The position numbers were made by a program, and so were the translations under genes. Of a stretch of DNA of 64,000 bases, positions 1-13,900 are shown one piece after another (within the stretch, counting starts at the first letter, position 1; every line of letters starts with the position of its first letter). The notes below the pieces were generated by a model, which did not search any database, had not been told where the DNA came from, and was given only the letters and a program-made list of their open reading frames with translations. The DNA comes from Raillietiella orientalis (lineage: Eukaryota), in contig JAYWIR010000028.1 in the NCBI GenBank assembly GCA_036172245.1, positions 1,550,001 to 1,614,000 of the forward strand, written 5' to 3'.

Positions 1-231
1 CTGCATGCCTTGAATTCTTTTCATGCGATTTATTACAAGAGAAACAACAAGAGTTTTGTGGATGTTTGCATAAGACATTCATTTGGAAGAATTGATGCCC
101 TCCATCACTTCCTACGTCGTGTTTTGTCGTCTACACCCTTCCCCGTGGAGACTGCCTGGACCAATGAGGCTGCTTCCGTGCGTCTCTGTTGAAAAATTTC
201 TCCCAGGACGGTTTCCTGCATCGCAATCGAG

Positions 232-263
<32 letters not shown>
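232..263. repeat. poly(A) tract
   Basis: 32 consecutive A. Confidence 0.95.
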
Positions 264-265
<2 letters not shown>

Positions 266-2878
266 GAGATAAAGAAAGAGATGAAAAAATAAAAGGAAAC
301 AGAGAACTTTGCTTCTGTCGCAGGGAGAAGCTCAGCTCCGATCCGCAGAGTGTGTTCGGGAACCGCTTCTCTTCCTTAAGGTCCGTGTTGTCCATATTTT
401 TTCATCCTGGCTTGAGGATCCGCTTCCCTCTGGCACCTCGTGAGCGCTTCGTTCTTCTCTGGACCTTCAGGATCCTTCCGGAAACCGGAGAACTTCGAAA
501 CACCGGTTTATTTGCTTCGCTCACAGCCAAAGTATCAATGAGATCAAGTGATCCCGTTGCCTGCGGGTGGCACTTGCATATGCAATTCCCCTGATTCAGC
601 GTATCTGCGAGGAAGTTTTGCCCCTTTTCCTAGCAGCGTCTCCTCCGTTTTCAACAGTGCACCGTGCTGACTTCTCGGGTGCGAGCGAAATTTCAAGTGT
701 GCACGGATCGTTGACCGAGGCGTCGATCTTGACTATTCGCTCCCCCCCACCGTGGGGCAAAGCATTCCTTCCGTGGCTGTTCGCGCCTTTTTTTTTCGCA
801 ACCTGTGTTGCCTCGGCAACCTGCTCGAACTTCGAGCATCTCGCGCCTTCATCGCACCACGTCCGATCTCCCGCTTCTCTGAGCGTTCCAGAGTTTACTC
901 TCCGGAAACTGTCCTTTCGCGTAACCGGTACTTCGACTGCACCAGGATGACTGCTGCCTTCACGTGAATCTTGGTCGCGATCGCCTTCCTTTTCTGGGAG
1001 CAGGCGTTCCTTGGTTTCATGGGTTTCCCTGTGTCTGCTTCGACCCTCGATGGCCAGCTGGTTCCGGTTTTCCTCCAGCGCGAATTCCGTTTGAGGCCAA
1101 CCATCGTGCACGCTTCCATCCGCATCTCCTTGAGACGGTGCTTTTCCGCGAAATCGCTGACCGGGGTCCTCAGTTCTGCCGCCCTCAGAAGAAGTTTGCG
1201 CTCGGGTCCCGCTCCACAAGAGCAGCATCCAAGTGTGCTCGCCCGTCGCGAGTATCTCCGACTTTGCTGTTTGGGCACCTCCTCGCTTGATAGAATTCTT
1301 GCGCCAGGTCACCAGCAATGCACAGATGTGCTGAGACTCCAGTACACCATTGCAGCACAAAAAAAAAGGGAAGGCTGGTCAACCTCGGAAGACCTGTGAT
1401 AGAAAGGGGTGGTTCGGCAACGAGGGAGGAGGGCAGCACTTCCGTGTTCCATTGGGAGAAGAGCCGAAGTGTCTCCCGGAGTGTGTTTTCCACACCTCCA
1501 CACGAGGGAGCAAAACCAAGGGAGGAGACGTGTAAGCCAGCGTCAAGCAAAAATCTCTTGACGCGGAGGAGGAGATCTCAGGCAGGCAACTTTCTGGCAG
1601 GATTGGGAGGCGGAATCCCTACAACGGGATCAAAAGCGCCAAGGTTTGGGATGGGCTCCGCGTCCCGGCTGGTAAGTGGAGGGAAGACGAGCCACTTGAA
1701 TGCTACGCCTTAGCAGTTCGGAACGTTGGAAATCTCTGCTGTGTGCGCAGAGCACTTATCTGAAGAGATGATTCGGAGAGATAGCGTTCGAGAAAGATTG
1801 ACTACGAAGATAGAGTTCATGCTCGTGCACGATAGCAAGGAGAAACCAATTATGGCTATCATTTTATTGGGTTCAGATTGAAATCTCAACTATCCCGTAA
1901 TGCGTTTTTTTTTTTTTTGAAGCCTCCGTTTCTTCCTTACCTGTTTTTTTTTTTTCTTTCTCCTCTGTGAGGGTGCTCCTCTCGATCTCTTGTGATTCTT
2001 GCTCAGAGTATTTCTATTTAGATCTTTATGATGCAAAGGAAAAGGAACCAGTGCCTTTCCTTGCTAAGGAGCGGAGAGGCAATTTTACAGGTAAGTAATA
2101 AGTGTTTCAATGACAATGATGCGACGCCGTTTCGACTCCAAGATTTGACGAGGACAATCTTAGCTAACTCTTATTAGAGATGACAATAGCAATCATAGTG
2201 CGAAGAGAAAATAAGAAAAAAAATTTCCCCCCCCCCGTATTCAGCTCCAACTTAAATAAGTACGAAATGAAGTAAAGTATATACTTAAAAAAAAAAAGGT
2301 GTATAAATGAAAAAACACCCTCAATACAGGACGACAAGCGTTTGGGAAGCTGAATCTTGAAAATCATAAATACTGAAAACTCAGTGGAAAGGTGTGAGAA
2401 GATGCATGATGAGAGTGGTGGGGATCGTCAGTCATCCAAATGTGTCTTGGACCTCTGTGAATGTGCCTGCAGTCACCTCGTTTAGATCCTGTGTCATTTG
2501 TCTTCCCTAATTTTTGAGTTTTACAAAATGTGATGTTGTTTACGTAGGGACACGGTGGGTAAGGTGCATCTATCCTATCGGATCCTCATCAGGTGAAGGA
2601 CGTTTTCCCTCACATTAAACCCGATGCGTTCCTGGTTTCGAAAACCTGCCTTGGGGCTTGCTTCGAACCGAGCCTCGTGATGCTCCTACTAAAGACTGTG
2701 GGGGCACCGCGGCAAAGAACTTTTTCCATAAGTTGGGAGTTTGTCTTCGATCCTGTCGCATACTCATGGAAAATCCCTTCCAATGCTTCCAATCCCTTCC
2801 TCCTCGAGAGTGCCCGGATTTCCGGTGACTAAGCTCCTTGGGAAACTCATTTGCAAGACAACAGTAAAAGGAGGAATC

Positions 2879-2879
2879 C

Positions 2880-2911
<32 letters not shown>
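2879..2911. repeat. (CAA)11 microsatellite
   Basis: Perfect trinucleotide run. Confidence 0.95.
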
Positions 2912-3299
2912 AAACTGCTTCCTGTTGGTGGGTTGCGTCATGTTCCAGCATCCATTTTGATTTTCCTTCTGAATTCCTCTGCTCCCCCAAATCTCGGAGG
3001 AACCACAAAGGAGGCCACTCGCGGATGAGGCGATCGGAGTGGTTTCATGTGTTCTGAGGGAAGACGTACCACAAGAGCGGAGACCTCATGAAACCCTGAC
3101 AGATGATCGGATCAGGAATCGACTTCTCGAAACTTTCGCCCCGTGTTCCACATTTGTTCTTAGCGGCAAGTATCAATCAGTCAAGCGACCAGCCAGTAGC
3201 CAAGCCCAATGTTATTTGGCGAGAGGCGTCAATATTTCGCCGAGGTTCAAAAGACTGTGGAGCAGACGCCGAGTTTGCGAGAGCAAGCGAGCACCGAGT

Positions 3300-3890
3300 T
3301 CCGGAGATGTGCTCTCCCGTGAAGACTTATTCGAGTGGGAACTCTTTATGGGAAGAGTCGAATCGGAGATCCCCTCAGATATCTGCTGATGATGCCAATC
3401 TCTCGCTGTGGCTTTGCTGTGCGGTTCGTTAAGCTGCTTGCAACATCTGGAAATGAAAGAACGATTAAATTAGAGTGAGAGCCGACGTGTTTTGGTTTGT
3501 GTGCATTTCGAAACTCGGCAATGATTCGATAGCTTAAGAACTTGAGGGCACAGCTGCCGATTGACAAATCCAGTGGCCGAAGGCATGAATTGTTATCATG
3601 TTATGATAATTTGAGAGACGACCAGAGTCACGAACTGCACTCTCGAGCCGTGGACTTTTGTGCAGCCCAGGGATCTCTCAAAAGCCTGGGAGGAGTGAGC
3701 AGGAGAGGGACATCTCTCGAGAAAGCGTCCAACACTTGCAGAGCTTTGTAATCCCGTGAGGTGCCTCAACTTAAGCAGCGAATGTCCGATAATCCGAGCC
3801 CTTCCCTGCTGTGAAGTTTGCTTGGGATCAAAGCGCATGATACCTTGCACACTCCTAGAGATTCCTCCGAGGAAAACTGCCATCCATTAT
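3300..3890 (-). mobile_element. LINE reverse transcriptase N-terminal remnant
   Basis: Frameshifted LIPK (3821-3831), SDYR-ISLLK (3770-3797), FLE...QAF...C and LDLS (3561-3573) occur in the expected RT order. Confidence 0.5.
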
Positions 3891-4873
3891 CGAAACAATT
3901 TTCCCCTTTTCTGTTCGCACTTCAGGCTGCAGCCCACAAGATGAAAAGAGATGGGGAGGAGGGGGATAGAGTATGAGGTGAAAATGCAAGGTCAGAAGGA
4001 ATTCCAGAAAACTTCGCTGATGACGATGACGAAAAATATTCGGTCCTACAGCAAACTTTTCGAGTCTTTTCGAATCACTTTTTCCAGGGTGAGAAACGCC
4101 GCATCCTCCAGAGCGTTGCTCAGCTTCCGTTCCTCTCTGTGACAAATTAGCTGAAGACTTGCACGCGTGGTGCACGCACGGAACGAGAATCGAACCCCTT
4201 CCATCTCTGGATCCCCGTTCTCTGGTGCGATTAGCCGCCCATCATCCATGGGGTGACTCTTCGTGTCTGCAGCCACGGCACTCATGCTCCATACGGAATG
4301 CAGTCCTTGACCATTCCTTCTGGAGCTGAATTCGTATTGTCTCTGGTATCAAATAGGGAAGCATCCGTTCCACGTGGTCACCTAGCCCCACGCAACTCTT
4401 CTTCGGGTAGTCTCAAGCATTGCTCAGAGTGTGGGAAGCCAACGGGGGGAGGCAAGTGGCGCTTTCCAGCATCACGGGATTCCATCGAGCGCGGTGCCGA
4501 TCCAAATGATACGGTAAACGCTGCCGGGTCTGCTCGCGGTGCGGAAGTGCCTCCCCCCCTTTCTCTCCCCCGCTTCCCTCTCCGGTGTCATCTGCAGAGC
4601 ACCGCAATCCGTGCACTCCCTCGCACTTTCCAAATGATGCACACACGGGAGAAAACACTGATTTTCTCGTCCACATGTTTCTCTCTCCTGACCTGGAAGG
4701 TTAGCACCTCCCGGGGTCAGCCGTGGCTCAATCTGTGGCCGTGCACTCCAGAGTGTGGCATGCAAATAAGGCACGGCAACGTTTATGGCTCGCGGAATCT
4801 CGGATTGGCGAGATTTCTGCGGGAGTCGCTTTTCCATCATCAAATGGCTGGCATGATGAGCACGCGGTTCACG

Positions 4874-4875
<2 letters not shown>

Positions 4876-4903
<28 letters not shown>
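4876..4903. repeat. (TC)14 microsatellite
   Basis: Perfect dinucleotide run. Confidence 0.95.
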
Positions 4904-4904
<1 letters not shown>

Positions 4905-7900
4905 GAGGCTTTCCAAGGATTCCGGACCGCTTTTGGGTCCAGCGCCGGCCATTGGCGAGGATTCGAAGGCACTATAATAGCCGACAAGCATCTTGAAGAC
5001 ACCAACAGTTCCGCTGCACGAGAACCGCTGCGAACGGGCCCATCTCTGCGCACCCGCGCCAGGATTCTCTGGACCGAGTGCCACACAAGGGCCGTTGCGG
5101 ATTTCCGGTGGCGGGGTGCCGTGTAAGCGAAGCAAAGATGCACCACACCTGGTTCTTTGATTTGGGGATAGGAGGCTGGGGGGAAAAACTCGAAATAAGG
5201 GACGCGAGGTCTAAGATGGCTCCGATTCTACAGTTCGGTCCATGAGAGGAACGACACCCTGGACCGCATTGGAAATGCCGCTGGCTGTCTAGAGGTTTGC
5301 CCATCTCGGTGAGGCGCGCGTGCGCGCGTTCTCAATGTATTTTCGGAGCTCTCGATTCCTAAGCGGTTTGGAAGCAGGGATGCTGCCACCCATCCAGCTA
5401 CGTCCTGATTGCTGTTTTTGGAACGAACATGCAATTCTTGATGACGGTTTCCTCCCAGAGTGTCCGTTTTGCAATCCCGTCTTATGTTGGCATCCCGCTC
5501 CTCCCTGTTTTCATGGCAAACACATCTTATGCAAGTGTGCGTGTTTTCCGGGAAAGGTGTAACCCGAGAGATCTCGAAAAAACTTCTTTCTTCCCTCTTG
5601 GTGAATTTCCTTGCCTACCTTTCTCTTTCCTGATCTTAGCTTTCGCTTCTGCGGCATCACTGGCGTTTCATGGCGCTTCGCTCGCAAAATCCAAACCAGA
5701 CTCGGCGTGAGTCCAGTGATCCGGCGATTTCGGTTCTCTGTGGATCTCAAAAGAGCTGCTCCTGAAAACCTTCTGATATCTTGTCCGGGGAATTTCTTCT
5801 CAGGAAACTGGAAACGCATTTTTCGGAGTTTTTTCTTGGTCTGTTTTTACGAGAAACCTACGTAATGTTGACCATGCTGTCCCTTTAGCTGAACCGCGAG
5901 TTCCTTTCAAGAGAACCGCCCTCTGATGACCTTTCTTTTGCTTGTTCGACTCGTCATTGTGCTCCTTTCTTTCGCTTGTTTGGAGTCACCAGTCAACGCA
6001 TCCGTCAGAATGCAGCGGTGCGCCTCATCCGTTTCCAAACAACTGAATTGTCTACTCTTTCTGTATCGGGCGACAGCTTCCTTCCGCCGGAATACCTTTC
6101 TTCTTTCTCTCTTCCTTTTCTTTCAGGATTTCCACTGCCACTTCGGAGCCTACCTTTGACGCCAGAGCGAAATTCAGCTTAGCCATGGCCGCAGGCCGGA
6201 TTGCAGGGCGAAGGCGATGCTGCCGCCCGAACGCGGGGGGGCTCGTCCCGGCGAAGCGTCCTCAGCCGCTTGGTGGGGAACACTTGAATAGGGCGAACGC
6301 AGGCAACTGCGAGCGCGCGCCCTCCTCCTCCGCCATTTCATCCCTCCACCGCATTCTTCGCAGGCGGCGCGCCGGCGAACGAATTCCGAACGCAGCGCCA
6401 CCACCCCGTCCCTTTCCCCTCCCGTCCTTTTTCGCGGAGGAGGCGGTTGCGCTCCCGGACGCGGGAACATCCCGGTCCCGGTCGCGTTCCTTTGTGCGTT
6501 ACCTGGCTGCACGCCTTATTGGATCGTCGCCTCCCTGGGCAGCGAGTTGGGGTAGGCGGCGCGAGGAAACAAAGAGGGCGTCCCTCATCCGTTTTGTTCT
6601 CCGCGTCCTGCGTTTGTTCTTCCGCCGGTCGCGCGCGCGGAACCATTCGGACGTGGGCGACGCCCGTGTTGCCCGGCGCAACCAGCGAGAGCCATCGTCC
6701 TGGCTGCCTGGTCGCCGTGAAAGTCTGTCGGAAGGCTCACCCTGTCCTCGGAAGGCCAGTCCTTCCTTGGCGCATTCGAACCCCCCACCCCCACCCCTCT
6801 GTCGGATTCGCTGAAGAGGGACCCTCGGAGAGAGCCGCCGGTGCGTTTGGACGGCTTCATTCGGCCTTTCCGATGACGTAAGCGAGAGACTTTGTCTCGG
6901 TGCCACTTCCGTGTTTCGGTGCCTGCAAGCCACGGGGCGGTCGCACGCAACCACGGCTCGTTCCTTCCCGTCAAGAGGAACGGCGCGTCCTGCGAAGCTG
7001 CGAGGGAGGGATCTCGCCCACCTCTTTATCTTGCCAGCGTTATCTCGTTCTCTTACCGGCGGGATGGATTTTGAAGAGCAGGGTGATCGATGAGCCAGCG
7101 CGGAAGTTTCCAGAGGTATCGTGCTCTTGGGCAGGCTCACCTTCGCGTCCCACCCACGCCGGATGGCTTGGAAACCGGCCTCATGCGCGGAGGTGGCGTC
7201 GTCGTGCGTGCAGGCAGAGACGAGCGGAAGCTTTTGGCGCCTGCTGCAGCAGGGCTTCGCTTCTTGAGGAAAGGGTTACGGTGGCTCCGGTGAGTGGAAA
7301 GCGCGATCGAAGGGGATTGCCTGCAGGTTGAGGAGGCATCGAAAGAAAAATGCTGCAGACTTGGAACAGCGTTAGATCGAAAGTGGCGCGTCGCGTGCTT
7401 GATGCTGCCATCTAACCCGGGGGACAGCTGGACCACTATGTAGTTAAGAGACTTTCACATTTATGAAATGTACGAATGGAAGGACTGTCGTAAAACCAAA
7501 GGTGTGGAACCTTCAGAGACTTTACAAATGCTTTCCGAATGGTCCTCCAAGTCCCACTCATAGCGTTCTGCAATAATGCAATGGGCATCCCATTCAGTGT
7601 TCTGGACCTCAGCAAAACAAGACCTACAAATAACCAAGCCCTAATTCCGAAAGTGAGATAGGACACCTCAGCAGAAAGCATCAAGGACAAACTTACGTAC
7701 TGTACTTATGTACTGCAGCACCAAGGAAATGGAGCTATGCCCTTCGCTTGAGAAATGAGTAATTGTGAATTCACGCTGGTATTTTTTAAAAGCCTCCAAA
7801 GTCGATGAATATGTATTCACAGGAGAATTGTTCTGTATCCAGAATATGTATGCTGATGCAACAAGTTATGAGCATCGACTTTTCGCGGTCACAGGGATGT

Positions 7901-9439
7901 TTCTCCAGCTGTCACCTCTACAGTACCCTCTACCCCAACCACATCCTTGCAGCATTCCTTTATCGGTATATTTTGTTCGAACTGTGGGCCTTCTGCCTGC
8001 TCTCGTATAATAGCTTAAGTGAACCATGAAGAGTAGGAACCAAACATGACTGTCCAATGCTATTGTCCGCATTCTTCGGAGCATCTCATTCTTCCAAGGA
8101 GACACCGCCGTACCTTGAAGGCTCTCCATCGGACTTGCAACAGTTGACAGAAAATCCTTGAGGGAGATGTCTCTCAATGACCCTGGCACTAAAATAGCAG
8201 CACAAACCCAATCAGTGATATGGGTTCAGCGTGTCGCCTCTGCCTGTATTAACCCAGCAGCAATCAGCTGGCGAAAAAGTGAGTGTACTTCCTCATGAAA
8301 CACACATCTCTTAACGAGCCGTTCCTAATACACAGGATTCATTTTTCACTACATAGGAGATATGTGCCGTGTACATAGCAAAATGAAGTGGTGCAATGAT
8401 AAGAGGCTCATGTATGTATGAAAAGTGTTGCAGCCCCATTCGACCAGCTGTCAAAGCTGGCCGTGTGTAGGGGTGGCAAAGCTTTCACGACGGCTGAGGG
8501 AATACTCACGAATCTCTGTGTGCCAAGAAAACTTACGAGAAATTTAGAACAGTTAGGATTCGGAGTATTACATCAATTAATTCTGAAATGTGTGGCAATG
8601 TTTGCTAACGGGTTCGTTCGGTGCCTCGAAACGTGAACAGCCCTTCAGAGAGCATGTGAAATGTTGCCGCTCCAGATAGTGATTCCTCGACACAAAGAAG
8701 CCTTGCAGGACGGAAGTTCAGAGCGAGCACACTGTTCTGAGGTATCGGTGCTCAACGGGAAGACTGCTACACCGAGGTCCATCCACTTCCACTTGCAAAA
8801 ACCGAAACTTTCTTAACTTCCGGCAATCTTCGGGATTTCAATTTCAATTTTGGGAAACCAGGGATCGGTTCCGTGATTTTCGAGACGGAATTGCGTCCTC
8901 AGGGCGGAATTCTCGGGTCAGCTTCTCAGCGAGACTTCAGCATGGGCAGAAAGTTTCGATCGGCTTGCAATTGCAATGGCCAGCAAATACCACTAGGGTA
9001 CACGAAGACCCTGTGACTGGCCAGTAAAGCCTCGGTCGCAGGAGATCAAATCCTTCAGCATTACTACGAGCAGCGCTTTCGACGGCTGCAACGTCCTCCT
9101 TGGAAAAGAAACTGGGAAATCATTGACCTCCCTCGAAAACTTGACCTAGGAAGCAGAACGAGGTGGAGCCGCCTTGGCAAACTAAAAAGGAGTTTTGCTC
9201 GCATGTGTGTGGGCAACACACATGGGCAGGAACCTTGCGGCTAGATGGGAGGTTCCTGTGGAAATCTCCGAAAGGAGGACTCTATGGGTGGACGATTCGA
9301 ACTCTGCAACCCCGAGTGACCCACCTCATGGCTTTTGCACTGAGGCGTGCTGCTGGGTATTCCAGAGGAAGATCTGCAGTGGGCCTCCCCCGGTGCTCAT
9401 GGACACCTGCATCCTCCCCTTGAATCGGTAGGATTTGGC

Positions 9440-9790
9440 GCTACTGCTGCCTCACGGAAGGCTCCCGTGCAACGCCTGCCGGCATCCCTGCACACGGGGA
9501 GGGGTGTCGACCCAAACTAATGGCAGGTGCGAGAAGCGGGAATCCCTTTCGTATTTGCTTGTGGATTGGGTTGGCCCCTAGCACCTTTGGGAACGCCTTG
9601 TCGCGACCCTAGGAACCTCCGGTGGCAACTCCAGGGACGCTTTACGGCCCCTCCTCGTCCGCGACGCCTTTCGGCGGGCAGCCTCGCCAGCAGCCGTCTG
9701 CTGCCTACGCGGGATCCTAGCGGCCTGGAGTCACGCACGAGGACACAGCGACAGGGGTGCCACATCCACTTCGCCGTCCGATTGGGCCAA
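9440..9790 (+). mobile_element. LINE ORF2 C-terminal (zf-RVT-like) remnant
   Basis: HGRLPCNA...CEKRESLSYLLVDW...LWERLVATLG...NSRD...AAVCCLRGILAAWS is clearly homologous to 46820-47160 (+) and 33780-33930 (-). Confidence 0.65.
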
Positions 9791-12700
9791 GGGAGGCTCC
9801 CGTCTCTTTGTTTCCAGGGAATCTTCGCAGGTCCCTGTTGCTGGCAGACCCTGGATGACAGCTCCATGACCTGATCACGTAGCTTTGAACTTTTCCTCGC
9901 AAGAACATTAGAAACCCCAGTTGATGACACAAAGCCATTTAGGGGTTCAAACATCGGTCAGCTGGAAAAGCCCCCAGGGAGAATTTGAGGAACCTTTGCA
10001 AGCCTGCATTCGGCGATTCATGGGCAAGCGGAAGTCCAAAGATCCGTGAACTTGAGATTAAGGTAGATGGATTGGCAGTTCGTTTCCTCCTACCTGCCGC
10101 GGAGAGAAAACCGTCGGATTTATCATCTCGCAAAGGTCTTTTTCGCAGCGGATGCCTGAGGTTTGGAAGTGCCTGCCGAACGCTTGTACATTTTCATGTA
10201 TTCGGCGATGTAGTAAATAGTGACTTGTACTGAGGTGCGCCGCACTGCTCATTTTGGCTTCATAGAACGCTTTCATCTCAATCCGTTGAAAACAGGAGAT
10301 TACGACGGACATTCCGTTCTTGGGATTCTCCATGTGGAGGATTGACGAGAAACGCAGGGTGTTCAGTTTGCCTATTGCTTCCTCTGATCAATTAATTTGT
10401 TTCCTAATTGAAAGCACTAATTTAAAAGCAACTTATTGTGAAGTAAGGCTTTCTGCTTATTGGTTAGCAGCAAAATAACCACAAGAGGAACCGTGGAGAT
10501 ACCGATCTTTCTCGCTTGGTTCGTTTAGATCAATTGCTATTTTTTTTTTTTTTTTTGTATTCAGCAGTCAATGCTTTTATAGTTTCGTAGTCGCCCCATT
10601 TAGGCAGCATCCTCAAAGGGAGCTGAATTTGATTGCCGCAAGTAGTGTTCTTTCCCCAGCGATTTCCCGAGATCTGCTGGATCTCAGTTCTCGGGCACCT
10701 TTTTTTTTTTTCTTTTTAAAGCAGCCACGAAAATTCCCTTTTAAACTTCGGAAAGCTAAAAAAAATGCAGCGGTTCAGGAGAACTGCAAGCCAAAACCAC
10801 CAACCTTCGGGAGCACACGATTTGCGACGTCGAGATCTTCCTGAAATGCAGATTTTCGGCGCTTTTCCTAACTATCCAACGTACGCAGACTCAGGAGCAA
10901 TCCCACTATCAGTGAGACGGAGCGATCGCCCCGGTGGGGATTCGGATGGAACTCCGAACAACCAAAATGTGCTTCAACGAAAACATAAGCGGAATGAATC
11001 GATGACCGGGCAATCGACAGGACTGAAAATCCCCGTTTTCGGATTCCCGGAGAGAAGATGGGCTTGTCTGCTGGTGGGAGTTCCGGCAGTTCTGCCAAGC
11101 CGTGCGAGGGCTCGTTTGACCATGGACCCCGTTCGACCGGAGACCGACGTCCGAGCTCTCCCCAGTCACAGAGCTTGTTGTCGGTTCTCGTTCAGGTGGG
11201 TCGTGGCCCTCCGGAGTTTCCTGCAAATGTTCTCGGAAAAAGGGAAAAAAAAGACGTTCCGCACATGCACACACGGAATGTAGCGCCGGCACCAGGATGG
11301 ATACGAAGCGGGAGAGCCATCTTCGCCCGCCATCCCATCCCTGAGTCGATAGACGCGTCCTACCCCGTCTTCGAAACCCTCATCCTCTGATCTGCGCCGA
11401 AACGTCACACCCTTACTCACTGCACAGCACGTGACTTCGGGAAGATTTCGATGGCCTCCTTGTCGTAACAGCTGCCGTGACACTCGGCAGCTCTCACTGA
11501 TCGTTCGTCGCAGTCGTGTCGTGTACGGTCACCAGTTGACCCCACTCTGACGATCATCATCAAGGGAAAAAGCCGTGGAGCGTACGAGTGGCCAACAGCC
11601 TGGGTGCCTACCAACTGTCAGCTGTGAGACTTGTGTGAGCAAAACAGAGGTCAAAATGCTCGAGCCAGAACGAAACAGCGGGCGCTTTTTTTTCTTTCGG
11701 GTCAGCAAATTCTGAAACTGAAGGTGGTAAACCGTTCCGCACTCGAACGTCTCCTTCCGCACTTTGTTCGCTTCTCGTCCGGAAGATGACAGAGGTGCCG
11801 TATGGCATCGATGGATGTTGTGGCCGATGAGGCATCCGCTATTTTAAACCAAAAGGGAGAGAGAGTGTATCGAAACAATCTAAATTTCAATCTGCTTCCA
11901 GAAAAGGAATCGAGGAGTATGAAGATAAAAATGAAAAACGGTGTCTTCACGATGTATTTTTAAGTATTTATTTAAGGGAGGGAGCTCACATCAGTGCACT
12001 ACCGTAACAGCGAGCCTCTGAATGCTACGAATCACCACACACCGAGCTTTCCTTCCTAATAGGCTTAGAGTGGCTGCCTTACCAGTTGCCCTGGCCTCCC
12101 AGAACCCAAACGATTTCCTTTAGACCTCCTGTGGGATCGACGAAACGGCGGGACTCACCACCATTGAGTCTTGCCGAAGACCGATAACATACTACATTTT
12201 TCCATTACCAGTGCTAAAAGCCCCTGGGGCTTGAATTGTGCATTGTTTTGATAACTCGCCACCTTCTCCCGAACGCTTCCTTCGGCATCCCGCCGAAGAA
12301 AATAAACACAACAAGTAGAGAGGTCTTCTCTTAGAGACTTGAGCTGGGTCCATGAAAGCCAGACGGATATGCTGCATGTCACGGGCAAGGCACATGGGAT
12401 CGCGCGGTATGGTCAAATGGAATGGTCGCCGCGTTAGCTGTTCCGGCGTCCGGGAATTCTTTTACCACGAAAACTGTTGGGTGCTCATGGTACAAGGATT
12501 CAAGAACCCTTGTTCTGGTTGCCCAAAGCCTCCGCCGCCGTGATTATCAATAGATCTCCTCGGGCGAGGCCGGAGCCAACACCGCAATTAATTAAAAAAG
12601 GCTCGATTCCTGAAAGGAAGACCAAAGTTTGGTGGGGCTCGTTATCAGACTGCTGGCACCTCGAGCGATTCGCTTGCCCGAATCCTAGTCAGCCTCCATG

Positions 12701-12949
12701 CGAAGAAATGTGGAAGAGACTCAAGCAGCTCTGGAACTGTATCAGAAAGAGCTCTGAGTGCAAGGAAATTGCGGTTAGAATGAGAGGATTTCGTGCCTGG
12801 TTCATCTGCAGCACACTCCTCGTTCTTCATTATGTTCGTGCTTTCTAGCGCGCTTTCCTCACGTAAAGAAAAAGAGAACTTTCAAAAGCGCCCAGAAGGA
12901 AATGGGCGGCTCGCCAACGGTGCAATTCGTAGGGACTCTGGTGAAATCG

Positions 12950-13900
12950 CTTCAAACAGATGGGGGGAAAAAATGAGTCCAAAGACCACGGGAGGCTGCG
13001 CCTAAAGGGTCTCGAAAAGGAAGCTGTGGTTTTTCCGATACGCTGCAGCAGGAACTTCCGATGGAGTGAGCGAGAACGTAGAAACGGGCAACACGAACAC
13101 GAAGTGAGGTGGGAAGGAAACTGCGGCGTGGGCGTCTCCGCAGGGCTCTGTCCTTGACGAAATTTTTGTGACCAGGCTAATTCCGATGCACAGGAATCCA
13201 TCGCACCGAAAGCGGTGCACGGCGATTCCGAGGTCAGAGGTAGCCACGGCAACCCGTTCCACTGAGGCCCTGTGATGGCAAGCAAGGTGCTTGAAGCACC
13301 GTCCAACGGACACTTCAGCAAGCGACGTCTGATGGCGACGAAAAGAAAGAAAAGCTCGCGAAAATCGGCACGTTCCGCTCATTTGGACATTAGCCGAAAC
13401 TGGCTCCGAGACCTTGCAGCGAAATGCCAAGATGCAGACAGAGAGGCTGAGGAATAAGAGATTTCCATTAGGGGGTGCGAGGAGGAAAACGCGAAAGCGA
13501 AGGGCGCAGTGACCAAAAACCTTCGGAAAGCACTTTGTGCAGCATCTTCACGGAACGCACGTGGATGGATGAAAACCAAGGAAAGAAGATTCCCTGCCTC
13601 GAAGAAGAGCTGGATTTCATCTTGTCCGAACTCGAAGACTGATGGGAGAATGCGCAGTTGAAGAGGAGACCTCCCTAACAGCTTCACTGTTTTCAATCGA
13701 CAAAACTCATCTTTCGCTGAAGATATGCCTCCCTTGGATCTGAATCTTGGGAGGCTGTTTCACGAGAGTACGGATTTCAAGTACATGAACGGCGCGAGGT
13801 GATGTGTGCATAGGGATGAAATGCTGGTAACCGGAGGAAGAGTTGGATTCCATATGTCACGCCATACCTTTCTAAGTGCGTCAAAGAGTTTCGTTCGCAG
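12950..13900 (+). mobile_element. Degenerate retroelement RT remnant, possibly Penelope-like
   Basis: In order: GV-PQGSVLDEIFVTRL (~13130), HLDIS (~13380), KGAVTKNLRKALCAAS (~13500), EEELDFILSEL (~13600), WIPYVTPYLSK (~13845). This resembles the Penelope RT-thumb-linker series (FLDI, K.GV...RA, EEL..I, IPY...S). No GIY-YIG domain recognised. Confidence 0.4.

Noticed and set aside
2741..3028. Poly-Q ORF
   Set aside because: Translation of a (CAA)11 microsatellite; no splice or domain support.
7900..7960. GCGWGRGYC peptide resembling a class II viral fusion loop; nearby HQHTYSGY resembling a Harbinger-type transposase
   Set aside because: Isolated short motifs in different frames with no supporting flanking conservation.
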